From Tardiphaga sp. (GTDB lineage Bacteria; Pseudomonadota; Alphaproteobacteria; Rhizobiales; Xanthobacteraceae): DNA of 58,512 nucleotides. Under the pieces are notes generated by a model. The model ran no database searches. It worked only from the letters and a program-made list of their open reading frames with translations, and had not been told where the DNA came from. Location: the NCBI GenBank assembly GCA_043739005.1, contig JAYUEY010000042.1:1-58512 (forward strand). The letters are read 5' to 3'. Shown here one piece after another: positions 9,508-17,990 of this stretch. Each line of letters begins with the position of its first letter. Within the stretch, counting starts at the first letter, position 1. The translations under genes and the position numbers were made by a program.

Positions 9508-10299
9508 ATGACTGATATATTGCTTGAATCGACTACGCCTCTTTTGGCCATCGACGGCCCTCGCGCCACCATCCGGCTCAACCGGCCGAAACATCTCAAC
9601 CGCCTGCAACAGGACGACCTTGAAGCGCTCATGGCGCTGTTTGCGCAAATCGAGGCGGACCCGAAGGTGCGCGTGCTGGTGCTGACCGGCACCGGCCGCG
9701 CGTTCAGCGCCGGATTTGATTTGAATTCGATCGCCGAGCGCGCGGGATCATCCAACGCCACTGCCGCGCCGCTGAGTTTCGAGGACGTCGCCAACAGGCT
9801 GGACGACTTGGCGATGCCGACGATCTGCCGGCTCAATGGCGGTGTCTATGGCGGATCGACCGACATGGCACTGGCGTGTGACTTCCGCATCGGCGTCGAT
9901 ACGATGGAGATGTTCATGCCGGCCGCACGGCTCGGCCTGCATTATTATTCCGGCGGCATCGAACGTTATGTGGCGCGGCTCGGCATCGACAACGCCAAGA
10001 AGCTTTTTCTCACAGCGCAGAAGATCGAGGCCACCGAGATGCTGCGGATTGGCTATCTGACGGCGATGGTGCCGGTCGAGGCGCTGGACGAGGAAGTGGA
10101 TCGGCTCGCGACGATTCTAGCGGGCAATGCGCCCGATGCGATGCGCGGCATGAAGCGCGCCATCAACGAATTCGCGCGCGGCACGCATGACCGCATTGCG
10201 ACCGCCCAACGCAACCAGAGCAGCTTACGCGGCGCGGAAATCAAGGAAGGCATCGCAGCGTTCGCGGAGAAGCGCCCGCCGCGGTTTGCAGATAGCTAA
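9508..10299 (+). CDS. Enoyl-CoA hydratase/isomerase (crotonase) family protein
   Basis: LNRP, AFSAGFDL, ALACDFR, EGIAAFAEKRPP motifs. CAGGAG RBS before ATG 9508. Confidence 0.9.
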   Translation: MTDILLESTTPLLAIDGPRATIRLNRPKHLNRLQQDDLEALMALFAQIEADPKVRVLVLTGTGRAFSAGFDLNSIAERAGSSNATAAPLSFEDVANRLDDLAMPTICRLNGGVYGGSTDMALACDFRIGVDTMEMFMPAARLGLHYYSGGIERYVARLGIDNAKKLFLTAQKIEATEMLRIGYLTAMVPVEALDEEVDRLATILAGNAPDAMRGMKRAINEFARGTHDRIATAQRNQSSLRGAEIKEGIAAFAEKRPPRFADS

Positions 10300-10431
10300 G
10301 ATTTCAGTCGTCAAAGCAAACGCTTGGGGATGCGTGCCCCGCACGCCTTGATCTCACCCGTGGGTTATAGGCAAACGTACAGGTCACCGGGACGGTAGCC
10401 GCAAAGTCAGCATCAGCGAGACGAGATCGAC

Positions 10432-12135
10432 ATGGACGCCAAAACGCCTTCGATGCCTGTGCCGTCCGACTGGGACATTGCAAACGCTGCGACGCTGAAG
10501 CCCATCGTCGAGATCGGCCGCGACCGCCTCGGCATTCCCGCTGATAGCATCGAGCCTTACGGTCATACCAAGGCGAAGATCTCGATGGATTTCGTGCAGG
10601 ACGCGCTCGCCACGCGCCCTGACGGCAAGCTCATACTCGTCACCGCGATAAATCCGACGCCGGCTGGCGAGGGCAAGACCACTACTACAGTCGGCCTCGG
10701 AGATGCGCTGAATCGTATCGGCAAGAAGGCACTGATCTGTTTGCGCGAACCCTCGCTCGGGCCTTGTTTCGGTATCAAAGGAGGGGCGGCCGGCGGCGGC
10801 TACTCTCAGGTCGTGCCGATGGACGAGATCAACCTGCATTTCACCGGCGATTTCCACGCGATCGGCTCGGCCAACAACCTGCTCGCCGCGCTGATCGACA
10901 ATCATATCTATTGGGGCAACGAAGCTAATCTCGATCCGCGCCGAATAACTTGGCGGCGTTGCCTCGACATGAACGACCGCGCGTTACGAAACATCGTCTC
11001 GTCACTCGGCGGCGTAGCCAACGGTTTTCCGCGCGAAGATGGTTTCGATATCACCGTCGCGTCCGAGATCATGGCGATCTTGTGCCTCGCAACCTCCTAT
11101 GAAGACCTCGAAAAACGGCTGGCGGCGATCGTCGTCGGACTCGACCGCGACAAGAAGCCGGTGCGTGCGGGCGCGTTCAAATCCGAAGGCGCGATTGCAG
11201 CATTGCTGAAAGATGCGTTGAAGCCCAATCTCGTGCAAACGCTGGAGAACAATCCTGCTTTTGTGCATGGCGGCCCCTTCGCCAATATCGCGCATGGTTG
11301 CAACTCGGCGATTTCGACCAAGCTCGGCTTGAAGCTCGCGGATTACGTCGTTACCGAAGCGGGTTTCGGCGCTGACCTCGGTGCGGAAAAATTTCTAGAT
11401 ATCAAATGCCGTCAGGCGGGCCTCAGCCCCGATATGGTGGTGATCGTCGCCACCGTACGTGCGCTGAAATTCCACGGCGGCGTCGAGAAGACTGATCTCG
11501 CCACGCAGAATGTCGGGGCCGTGCGTGCCGGTCTTGCCAATCTGAAACGCCATGCCGGCAACATCGCGAAATTCGGCGTGCCCGCAGTGGTCGCGATCAA
11601 CCGATTCGGCAGCGACACCGACGACGAGATTCGCACGATCATCGACGGCTGCAAGGCGATCGGCGTTACCGCCGTCGTCTGCACGCATTTCTTGGAAGGC
11701 GGTGCCGGCGCGGCAGAGCTTGCCAAGGCTGTTGTCGCCGCGATCGACGAGGGCAAAGCCAACTTCGCGCCGATCTATCCGCTCGACCTGCCGCTTGCCG
11801 ACAAGATGCGCACCATCGCGCGCGAGATCTACGGCGCAAAGGACATCGCTCTGCCGAAGCCGGTCGCTGACAAGTTGAAGGACTTCGAGGCGATGGGCTA
11901 TGGCGGGCTGCCGATCTGCATGGCGAAGACGCAATACAGCTTCTCGTCCGATCCCGATCTGCGCGGCGCGCCGGACGGTTTCATCTTGCCGGTGCGCGAA
12001 GTCCGACTCTCGGCGGGAGCAGGTTTTGTCGTCGCGATCTGCGGGGACATCATGACGATGCCCGGCCTGCCGCGCGTGCCGTCGTCGCAGCGTATCCGGA
12101 TGGATATCAATGGGCGGATCGCGGGACTGTCGTAG
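10432..12135 (+). CDS. fhs: Formate--tetrahydrofolate ligase
   Basis: [52 protein letters not shown] and IMTMPGLP motifs. Confidence 0.98.
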   Translation: MDAKTPSMPVPSDWDIANAATLKPIVEIGRDRLGIPADSIEPYGHTKAKISMDFVQDALATRPDGKLILVTAINPTPAGEGKTTTTVGLGDALNRIGKKALICLREPSLGPCFGIKGGAAGGGYSQVVPMDEINLHFTGDFHAIGSANNLLAALIDNHIYWGNEANLDPRRITWRRCLDMNDRALRNIVSSLGGVANGFPREDGFDITVASEIMAILCLATSYEDLEKRLAAIVVGLDRDKKPVRAGAFKSEGAIAALLKDALKPNLVQTLENNPAFVHGGPFANIAHGCNSAISTKLGLKLADYVVTEAGFGADLGAEKFLDIKCRQAGLSPDMVVIVATVRALKFHGGVEKTDLATQNVGAVRAGLANLKRHAGNIAKFGVPAVVAINRFGSDTDDEIRTIIDGCKAIGVTAVVCTHFLEGGAGAAELAKAVVAAIDEGKANFAPIYPLDLPLADKMRTIAREIYGAKDIALPKPVADKLKDFEAMGYGGLPICMAKTQYSFSSDPDLRGAPDGFILPVREVRLSAGAGFVVAICGDIMTMPGLPRVPSSQRIRMDINGRIAGLS

Positions 12136-12455
12136 GTTTCAGCCTGCGAGTGCACAAAGCTACTCATCTGGCGACGTCTTCATCGTCCGATCAGCGGCTG
12201 CAAGCGATCGCTGCATGGACCTACGCGCGCGATCCGACCTCGCGCAGAAGGTGAATCAATCGTTGCGAGTAGATTCTCGTAACCATCGCATCACGGCAGT
12301 TTTCGTTTACCACTGAAATTAGCAATTCCGGCAAAAGCGTGTGCGATGGTGACGACATGATCGGGGCTAACCCGACGAACTCGAAGATACAGGAAGTCGT
12401 CAAGGGTCGGAGCCACCGTGGGGGTGTCCGGCCCGTCCAAACGGGAAGTTTTCAA

Positions 12456-12638
12456 ATGGCTGCCAAGAAAAAGACCGGCGCGACACGCAAGCCGGCGCAC
12501 AGCCGCCCAAAACCCCAAACCAAATTCCGGATCGTTATGACGACGGCTTTGCGCGGCGTCATCAATATGGCCGTCGTCGCGACGGTTTCTGCCGCCGTGC
12601 TTGGCGGCCTTCTCGCCGTGAAGCATTTCGGGGTGTAA
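12456..12638 (+). CDS. Small hypothetical protein (60 aa; basic N-terminus, C-terminal TM helix)
   Basis: GGGAAG before ATG 12456; MAAKKKTGATRKP...VVATVSAAVLGGLLAVKHFGV; GC-rich third codon positions. Confidence 0.6.
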   Translation: MAAKKKTGATRKPAHSRPKPQTKFRIVMTTALRGVINMAVVATVSAAVLGGLLAVKHFGV

Positions 12639-12640
12639 TC

Positions 12641-13399
12641 TCAGGCGGCGAACATCGTCCCGTAGATCGTCATCGCGCCGATGCTGATCGTCACCAGCCC
12701 GACGGCAACCTGTAATCCGCGATTGGCCCAGGTCAGCCATTTCGCGGACGCCGCGATCGGCACCGCAATGACGGTCGAGAGTGCGCCCATTCCGAGCATC
12801 GAGCCGATGCCGAACAGCAGAATATAAAATACGCCGATCGTTGGGCTACCGACTTGCGACGCCGCCAGCACCACCAGCGCTGCTGATCCGGCCATGCCGT
12901 GCATGAGCCCGACCAACAGAGTCCGCCAACGGATGCCGTGCTCATGCGAATGTATGCTGGCCTCGTGCAGGCGGGCATGATCCTGAAAAGTCGACTTCGT
13001 GTTTTCGGATAAGAACCTGCCCTTAAAAATTGAGCCCTCACCGGCGTGGCTGTGGATGTGAAGATGCGACGCGCCATTATCATGGCGGTGACGATGAAGA
13101 TGGACGCGGTCGCGCCACAGACGCCACAGCACATGCAGCCCAAGACCGACCAGCATCACGCCGACGGCCGCCTCGATCGGACGTTCGAGATGTTCGGGGA
13201 TCGCCTGACCAAGCAGGATCGCGGCCCCGGCAAAGACGAACAGCGTCAACGTATGGCCAAGACCCCATGTGAGACCGTGGCGGACAATATCTCCGACGCT
13301 GGAGCGCCGCGCGGCGATGCTCGACACTGCCGCGATGTGATCGGCTTCGAGCGCATGCTGCATGCCGAGCAGGAAACCGAGGCCGAGAATTCCAAACAT
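12641..13399 (-). CDS. UreH/NiCoT-like nickel/cobalt permease
   Basis: GMQHALEADH, WGLGHT and GLMHGMAGSA motifs with a central His-rich loop. Confidence 0.88.
   Translation of the reverse strand: MFGILGLGFLLGMQHALEADHIAAVSSIAARRSSVGDIVRHGLTWGLGHTLTLFVFAGAAILLGQAIPEHLERPIEAAVGVMLVGLGLHVLWRLWRDRVHLHRHRHDNGASHLHIHSHAGEGSIFKGRFLSENTKSTFQDHARLHEASIHSHEHGIRWRTLLVGLMHGMAGSAALVVLAASQVGSPTIGVFYILLFGIGSMLGMGALSTVIAVPIAASAKWLTWANRGLQVAVGLVTISIGAMTIYGTMFAA
12973..13030 (+). repeat. GCATGATC..GAAAA-type palindromic repeat inside a coding sequence
   Basis: GGGCATGATCCTGAAAAG-TCGACTTCGT-GTTTTCGGATAAGAACCTGCCC aligns with the intergenic copy at 36674-36724. Confidence 0.75.
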
Positions 13400-13485
13400 G
13401 CTGACCCGATCGATGAATAACCTTCAAAGCCTACCCTTACAGGCATCCGAGGATCGCCACATCTATTTATGCAAGGTCGCCCTCC

Positions 13486-14280
13486 TCACGAGCCTTTGAA
13501 AGTCGCAGCGCGCTTGCCGAGAAACGCACCGACGCCTTCTGCAAAATCCTCAGTGCCCATGCAGGCGCGGAAAGCGTCGCCCTCGGCAATCATCTGGTCG
13601 TGCATTGAGCGATCCAGCGATCCACGCAGCAGCGCCTTTGTTTGGCCGAATGCGAAAGTCGGTCCATCGGCAAGGCGTCTGGCGAGCTTGTCGGTCTCGG
13701 CAATGAGATCGGCGGCTGGCACGACTTTGTTGACGAGGCCGAGCCGCAGCGCTTCGGTGACGTCGATATTGTCGGACATCAGCGCGATCTCCATCGCCTT
13801 GCGCAGGCCGACAAGACGCGGCAGCGAAAAGGTCGACGAGCCGTCCGGGCTGGTGCCGAGTTTCGAGTAAGCGAGATTGAAGACGACATTGTCAGCGGCG
13901 ATCGCTAGATCAGTTGCGAACGCAATACTGGCCCCTGCCCCAGCCACCGGACCATGCAGGCTGGCGATCACAGGCGCGGCAAGGCCGGCAAGAATTTCCA
14001 GCCCGTCATGCAACGGATCCATCAAGGTGCGGATACGAATGCGACCTTCCTCGACCGGACCGCCAAAGGCTGAGATGTCACCGCCGGCCATGAAGGCGCG
14101 ACCTTCGCCGGCGATGACGACGACACGAACGGAGCTGTCAGCCATGATGCGCTTGCAGGCCGCGAAGAATGCATCAGCCGCCGCGACATTCAACGCATTC
14201 AACACCTTCGGGCGATTGAAAACGATGCGCGCGATCGGGCCATCATTGCGCAGTAAGACCGGCTTGTCGGCGTCAGACAT
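13486..14280 (-). CDS. Enoyl-CoA hydratase/isomerase, PaaG-like
   Basis: NRPKVLNAL, AFMAGGDI, AGAGASIA, LGTSPDG and DFAEGVGAFLGKR motifs. Confidence 0.9.
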   Translation of the reverse strand: MSDADKPVLLRNDGPIARIVFNRPKVLNALNVAAADAFFAACKRIMADSSVRVVVIAGEGRAFMAGGDISAFGGPVEEGRIRIRTLMDPLHDGLEILAGLAAPVIASLHGPVAGAGASIAFATDLAIAADNVVFNLAYSKLGTSPDGSSTFSLPRLVGLRKAMEIALMSDNIDVTEALRLGLVNKVVPAADLIAETDKLARRLADGPTFAFGQTKALLRGSLDRSMHDQMIAEGDAFRACMGTEDFAEGVGAFLGKRAATFKGS

Positions 14281-14441
14281 CTCAATTCCCCCTTTGAACC
14301 CACTCGCGCTTTATGGCGAGCCGATATCGGGTGGAATTCTAAAGGCAACGGATGTCGATAACCAGTCGTCGCGCAACCGATTTCGGTCACGCGACGACAA
14401 GTCAGTTTGGTGATTTGTGACGAGAGGTCGCATGAGCCGGA

Positions 14442-14699
14442 TCAGACGGCGCGGCGGCCGGAAATTAGGCCCCAGACGAATAGCACGATGATCGCGCCAA
14501 CCACGGCACCGATGAAGCCCGCGCCCTGACCTGGGCTATACCAGCCCATCGCCTGCCCGAGATAGCTCGCCACTACCGCACCGATGATTCCAAGGATTGT
14601 CGTTAAGATAAAGCCGCTCGGCTCATTCGGGCCGGGCATGATGAATTTGGCGACGACGCCAGCGAGAAATCCGATGATGATCGTCCAGATGATGCCCAT
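14442..14699 (-). CDS. GlsB/YeaQ/YmgE family stress-response membrane protein
   Basis: IIIGFLAGVVAKFIMPG...TILGIIGA...GFIGAVVGAIIVL. AAGGA RBS. Confidence 0.93.
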   Translation of the reverse strand: MGIIWTIIIGFLAGVVAKFIMPGPNEPSGFILTTILGIIGAVVASYLGQAMGWYSPGQGAGFIGAVVGAIIVLFVWGLISGRRAV

Positions 14700-14765
14700 G
14701 GTCTGTCCTTGAAATGCTTGTCATTGTGGTCGCGGGTCGACGAGTCCTTGCCGCTCATACATGAT

Positions 14766-14790
14766 AAGATTGAGAGCCCCGAACGGTTCC
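14766..14790 (-). promoter_or_regulatory. Putative sigma-EcfG promoter of the GlsB/YeaQ gene
   Basis: Minus strand GGAAC-N16-TCTT (GGAAC-N18-TT). This gene family is a typical general-stress target. Confidence 0.5.
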
Positions 14791-14837
14791 CGCGTTCCAA
14801 ATTTGGCGACGATCGGCGATTGCCCTACACAGCGCAC

Positions 14838-15353
14838 ATGATCCAGAAAACGATTCATGTCTGCGCGCTCGGCGATCTCGACTCCACTGCCAAGGCGCTC
14901 GGTGACTATCGTTTGCTGACGCTGATGTCGCCGTCGCATCCTGACGAGAGCTGGCGACATTACGCGCGTCACGCACATCTGCATCTGGCGTTCAACGATA
15001 TCATCGCGTCGCAAGACGGCTTGGTGGCGCCGGATGCCGCGATGATCGCCGCGATCATCGATTTCGGCTGCGATGCTTCGGCCACACTGCCGCTATTGAT
15101 CCATTGCTGGGCGGGTATCAGCCGTTCAAGTGCGGCGGCCTATATCATTGCTTGTGCGGGCCATCCCGGCCGCGAACATGAACTGGCTCAGACATTGCGC
15201 CATCGCGCGCCATTCGTGACGCCGAATGCGCTGATGGTGGCGCTGGCCGACGACCTGCTCACTTGCGACGGCCGAATGGTGGCGGCCATCGCCGGCATTG
15301 GCCGTGGCGAAGAGGCCTTTGCGGGCACGCCCTATGTGATGCCGCTCACCTAG
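14838..15353 (+). CDS. Protein-tyrosine-phosphatase-like (CX5R) protein
   Basis: HCWAGISRS P-loop, IHVC near the N-terminus, TPN motif. Stop overlaps the cobS stop (CTAG). Confidence 0.85.
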   Translation: MIQKTIHVCALGDLDSTAKALGDYRLLTLMSPSHPDESWRHYARHAHLHLAFNDIIASQDGLVAPDAAMIAAIIDFGCDASATLPLLIHCWAGISRSSAAAYIIACAGHPGREHELAQTLRHRAPFVTPNALMVALADDLLTCDGRMVAAIAGIGRGEEAFAGTPYVMPLT

Positions 15354-16114
15354 CCCACCATCGCCAGCACACCGAGCAAAAACCCGATCTCGCCGACTTG
15401 TTCGACAGCACCGAGCACATCTCCAGTGTAGCCGCCAAGCAGACGCTTCGACCATGCCGTCAACGCAAAGCCGAGCAGTAGCGCGCCGATCCAGCCGACG
15501 ATGACAATCGGCCCCGACAAAACAAAAAGCGGCAACGCCGCGACGGCAACGACAGCGCCAATGACGAGCAATTCGCGTAGCCGCGGCTTGCTTTCCTCAT
15601 AGGTCACTTTCATCGCGGTCGTGTCACCTGCATAGTTCAGCCTCGTCATGACCAAAGCAGGTGCAGCGCGCGCCGCCGCATGGCCTGCGACCAAAGCACA
15701 AGCAGCAATTTCAATCGGCAAGGCGATCAGCGCGCCGATGCGCAACGCAACCCCAAGACCAAGCGCCAGCGCGCCATAGGTACCGATGCGGCTGTCTTTC
15801 ATGATCTCCAGACGCTTTGCGACCGTCCACCCGCCACCAAAGGAATCGAACGTATCGGCAAGCCCATCCTCGTGCAGCGCGCCTGTCATCACGACGCTGG
15901 CCGCAACGGCACAGATCGCTGCCAGCGTCTGGCCCCACATCAGATCGGCAACCAACAGCACAAGCGCTGAAACGCCTCCGATCAGAAGGCCGACGACAGG
16001 GAAATAGACCAGCGCGCGCGTCAGCCAGTCTGGCGCAAACGGCTCGGCTGACGCGGGTACCGGTAAGATAGTGAGAAAGCGGAGCGCATTAATCGCGTCG
16101 TTGCGTTTGCTCAT
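15350..16114 (-). CDS. cobS: Adenosylcobinamide-GDP ribazoletransferase (CobS/CobV)
   Basis: FLTILP, TGALHEDGLADTFD, IMKDSRIGTYG and GGYTGDVLGA motifs. Confidence 0.96.
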   Translation of the reverse strand: MSKRNDAINALRFLTILPVPASAEPFAPDWLTRALVYFPVVGLLIGGVSALVLLVADLMWGQTLAAICAVAASVVMTGALHEDGLADTFDSFGGGWTVAKRLEIMKDSRIGTYGALALGLGVALRIGALIALPIEIAACALVAGHAAARAAPALVMTRLNYAGDTTAMKVTYEESKPRLRELLVIGAVVAVAALPLFVLSGPIVIVGWIGALLLGFALTAWSKRLLGGYTGDVLGAVEQVGEIGFLLGVLAMVG

Positions 16115-17149
16115 TCAGATGCGCCCCGCCAATACGTCGTCGAGCGAGGCGACATCGCTCAAGAGCTTCGCAGCAGCCCGAACCAGCGGCACCGCGAGCA
16201 GCGCGCCGGTGCCTTCGCCCAAACGCAAACCGAGATCGAGCAGCGGTGTCGCATGAAGCGCGCTCAGCACGATGTCGTGGCCGCGCTCAGCCGAGCGATG
16301 CGCGAAGATACAATAATCTCGCGCCGCCGGACACAGCCGGATCGCGACCAGCGCCGCCGCGCTACAGATGAAGCCGTCAACCAAGACAGGTTTTCTTGCA
16401 GATGCCGCGCCGAGGATCGCCCCTGCGATCATTGCGATTTCGAAACCGCCGAATTGCGCCAGCACCTCGCGCGGCGTGGTCGCATCGGATCGCGCGGCCG
16501 CCGTCTCGATCGCGGCGCGCTTGCGCGTCATCCCGTCATCGCTCTGTCCGGCCCCGATGCCGATGCAATCGCTGAGCGGCGCGGGCGCGAGACGATGCAC
16601 CAGCAGAGACGATGACGCCGTGTTGCCGATACCCATTTCGCCGAGCGCGATCAGATCAGCGCCCTTCTCGATCTGCGCACACGCCAGTTCAGCTCCTTTG
16701 GTCAGCGCCTTGTCGGCTTCATCGATAGTCATTGCCGGCTCGCGCGCGGCGTTCGAGGTGCCCTTGCGGATTTTTGCATCGATCAATCGCGGATGCGCGG
16801 GCAGATCGGCGGCGACGCCGGCATCGACGACCATGACATCGGCATGACAGGCCGCAGCAAACGCATTGGCGCTGGCCCGACCGGCTAAATAAGTCTGCAC
16901 CATCGCCACCGTCACGGCAGACGGATAAGACGACACACCTTCCGCAACCAGGCCGTGATCGCCGGCAAACACCATCAGCACGGCCTTGTCGATCGCTGGC
17001 GCAGCCGGATGCGCGATCAACGCCAGTTGAAGCGCCAGCGCCTCAATGCGCCCGAGCGAGCCAAGCGGCTTGGCCTTGCCGTCGATGCGCGCGCGGATCG
17101 CGGTTTCAGGCGCGCGATCGAGCTGCGGCACGGAAGGTAAAGTCGGCAT
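16115..17149 (-). CDS. cobT: Nicotinate-nucleotide--dimethylbenzimidazole phosphoribosyltransferase
   Basis: KPLGSLGRIE, FAGDHG, GEMGIGNT, GGFEI, VDGFI and LRLGEGTGA motifs. Confidence 0.97.
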   Translation of the reverse strand: MPTLPSVPQLDRAPETAIRARIDGKAKPLGSLGRIEALALQLALIAHPAAPAIDKAVLMVFAGDHGLVAEGVSSYPSAVTVAMVQTYLAGRASANAFAAACHADVMVVDAGVAADLPAHPRLIDAKIRKGTSNAAREPAMTIDEADKALTKGAELACAQIEKGADLIALGEMGIGNTASSSLLVHRLAPAPLSDCIGIGAGQSDDGMTRKRAAIETAAARSDATTPREVLAQFGGFEIAMIAGAILGAASARKPVLVDGFICSAAALVAIRLCPAARDYCIFAHRSAERGHDIVLSALHATPLLDLGLRLGEGTGALLAVPLVRAAAKLLSDVASLDDVLAGRI

Positions 17150-17199
17150 TGCTGATCCCCAATCAAGCGCGCGCGGGTCTGACGTATTGTTGGGTGGCC

Positions 17200-17260
17200 G
17201 TCAACAAGAGCTGACCTGAAGGTCAACAAGGGCTGACCTTTGGGTCAACGCTGGTTGACC
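17200..17260. repeat. Three tandem 22-bp palindromic units (GTCAAC-N4-GYTGACC) in the divergent cob promoter
   Basis: Units start at 17200 (GTCAACAAGAGCTGACC), 17222 (GTCAACAAGGGCTGACC) and 17244 (GTCAACGCTGGTTGACC). Confidence 0.85.
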
Positions 17261-17283
17261 CGAGCGGATGCGGCGGCTAGCGT
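17255..17283 (+). promoter_or_regulatory. Sigma-70-type promoter of the riboswitch-DUF1636-cobUWNOQ transcript
   Basis: TTGACC-N17-TAGCGT; the predicted start site (~17290) coincides with the 5' end of the riboswitch. Confidence 0.6.
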
Positions 17284-17289
17284 TCCGCA

Positions 17290-17471
17290 TGATGGTCCTT
17301 CCGCGTGGAAGGTGAATAGGGAAGCCGGTGCGAGCGATCCGAGTTCAGGATCAATCCATGCCGGCGCTGCCCCCGCAACTGTAAGCGAAGAGCCCTTGCC
17401 GAAACCACTGGATGCAAATCCGGGAAGGCGGCGATCAGGCGACGACTCGCGAGCCAGGAGACCTGCCATCA
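17290..17471 (+). promoter_or_regulatory. Cobalamin riboswitch
   Basis: AATAGGGAAGCCGGTG...TGCCCCCGCAACTGTAAGCG...CCACTG...GGGAAGG...GAGCCAGGAGACCTGCC (B12 box), upstream of the cob genes. Confidence 0.96.
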
Positions 17472-17582
17472 CGATTGTGCTTTGGAAACGCCGTGGCGCG
17501 GGGTGCGCCTGACGTGAGCGTGTGACGGTTCGTGCCGTTCCGCGATCCCCTGAAGCTCGTGATTGATACGTCGAGCTTCGTC

Positions 17583-17990
17583 ATGGACTCCAGCCCACCC
17601 TGCGATCACGCGCCGAAAGGTGCCATCACCGTCAGCGTCTGCACGGTCTGTAAATCCGTCGACGGCGGCATGCCGACCGGACCTGCATTGGTCGAGGCGC
17701 TCCGCGAAGCGATCGGCGACAACGCAGAAATTCGTGCAGTGCAATGCCTCGGCGTCTGCAAGCGACCGGCGACCGTCGCCATCACCAGCGCCGACGGCTA
17801 CACGTTTTTATTCGGCGATCTCGTGCAGGAGACGGGAACGCCGGCGCTGGCGTCCTTCGTGCAGTCTTATCGCCTCTCGAACTACGGCCTCGTGCCGTGG
17901 CGCGAGCGCGCCGAGGTGTTGCGCAAGGGCATGGTGGCGCGGATTCCGCCTTTGCACTGGTCGCCCGATGATGGCCGCGCACCAACATGA
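17583..17990 (+). CDS. DUF1636-like Cys-rich metal-binding protein
   Basis: VCTVC, VQCLGVCKRP, YTFLFGDL, GLVPWRERAEVLRKG, ARIPP. ATGA overlap with cobU. Start could be 17532. Confidence 0.85.
   Translation: MDSSPPCDHAPKGAITVSVCTVCKSVDGGMPTGPALVEALREAIGDNAEIRAVQCLGVCKRPATVAITSADGYTFLFGDLVQETGTPALASFVQSYRLSNYGLVPWRERAEVLRKGMVARIPPLHWSPDDGRAPT

Noticed and set aside
10300-10431. ZMP/ZTP or THF riboswitch upstream of fhs
   Set aside because: I could not find the conserved cores of either family by eye. An Rfam/Infernal scan would settle it.
17200-17260. Possible mini-CRISPR array
   Set aside because: The 22-bp period leaves no spacers, and there are no cas genes in the window.
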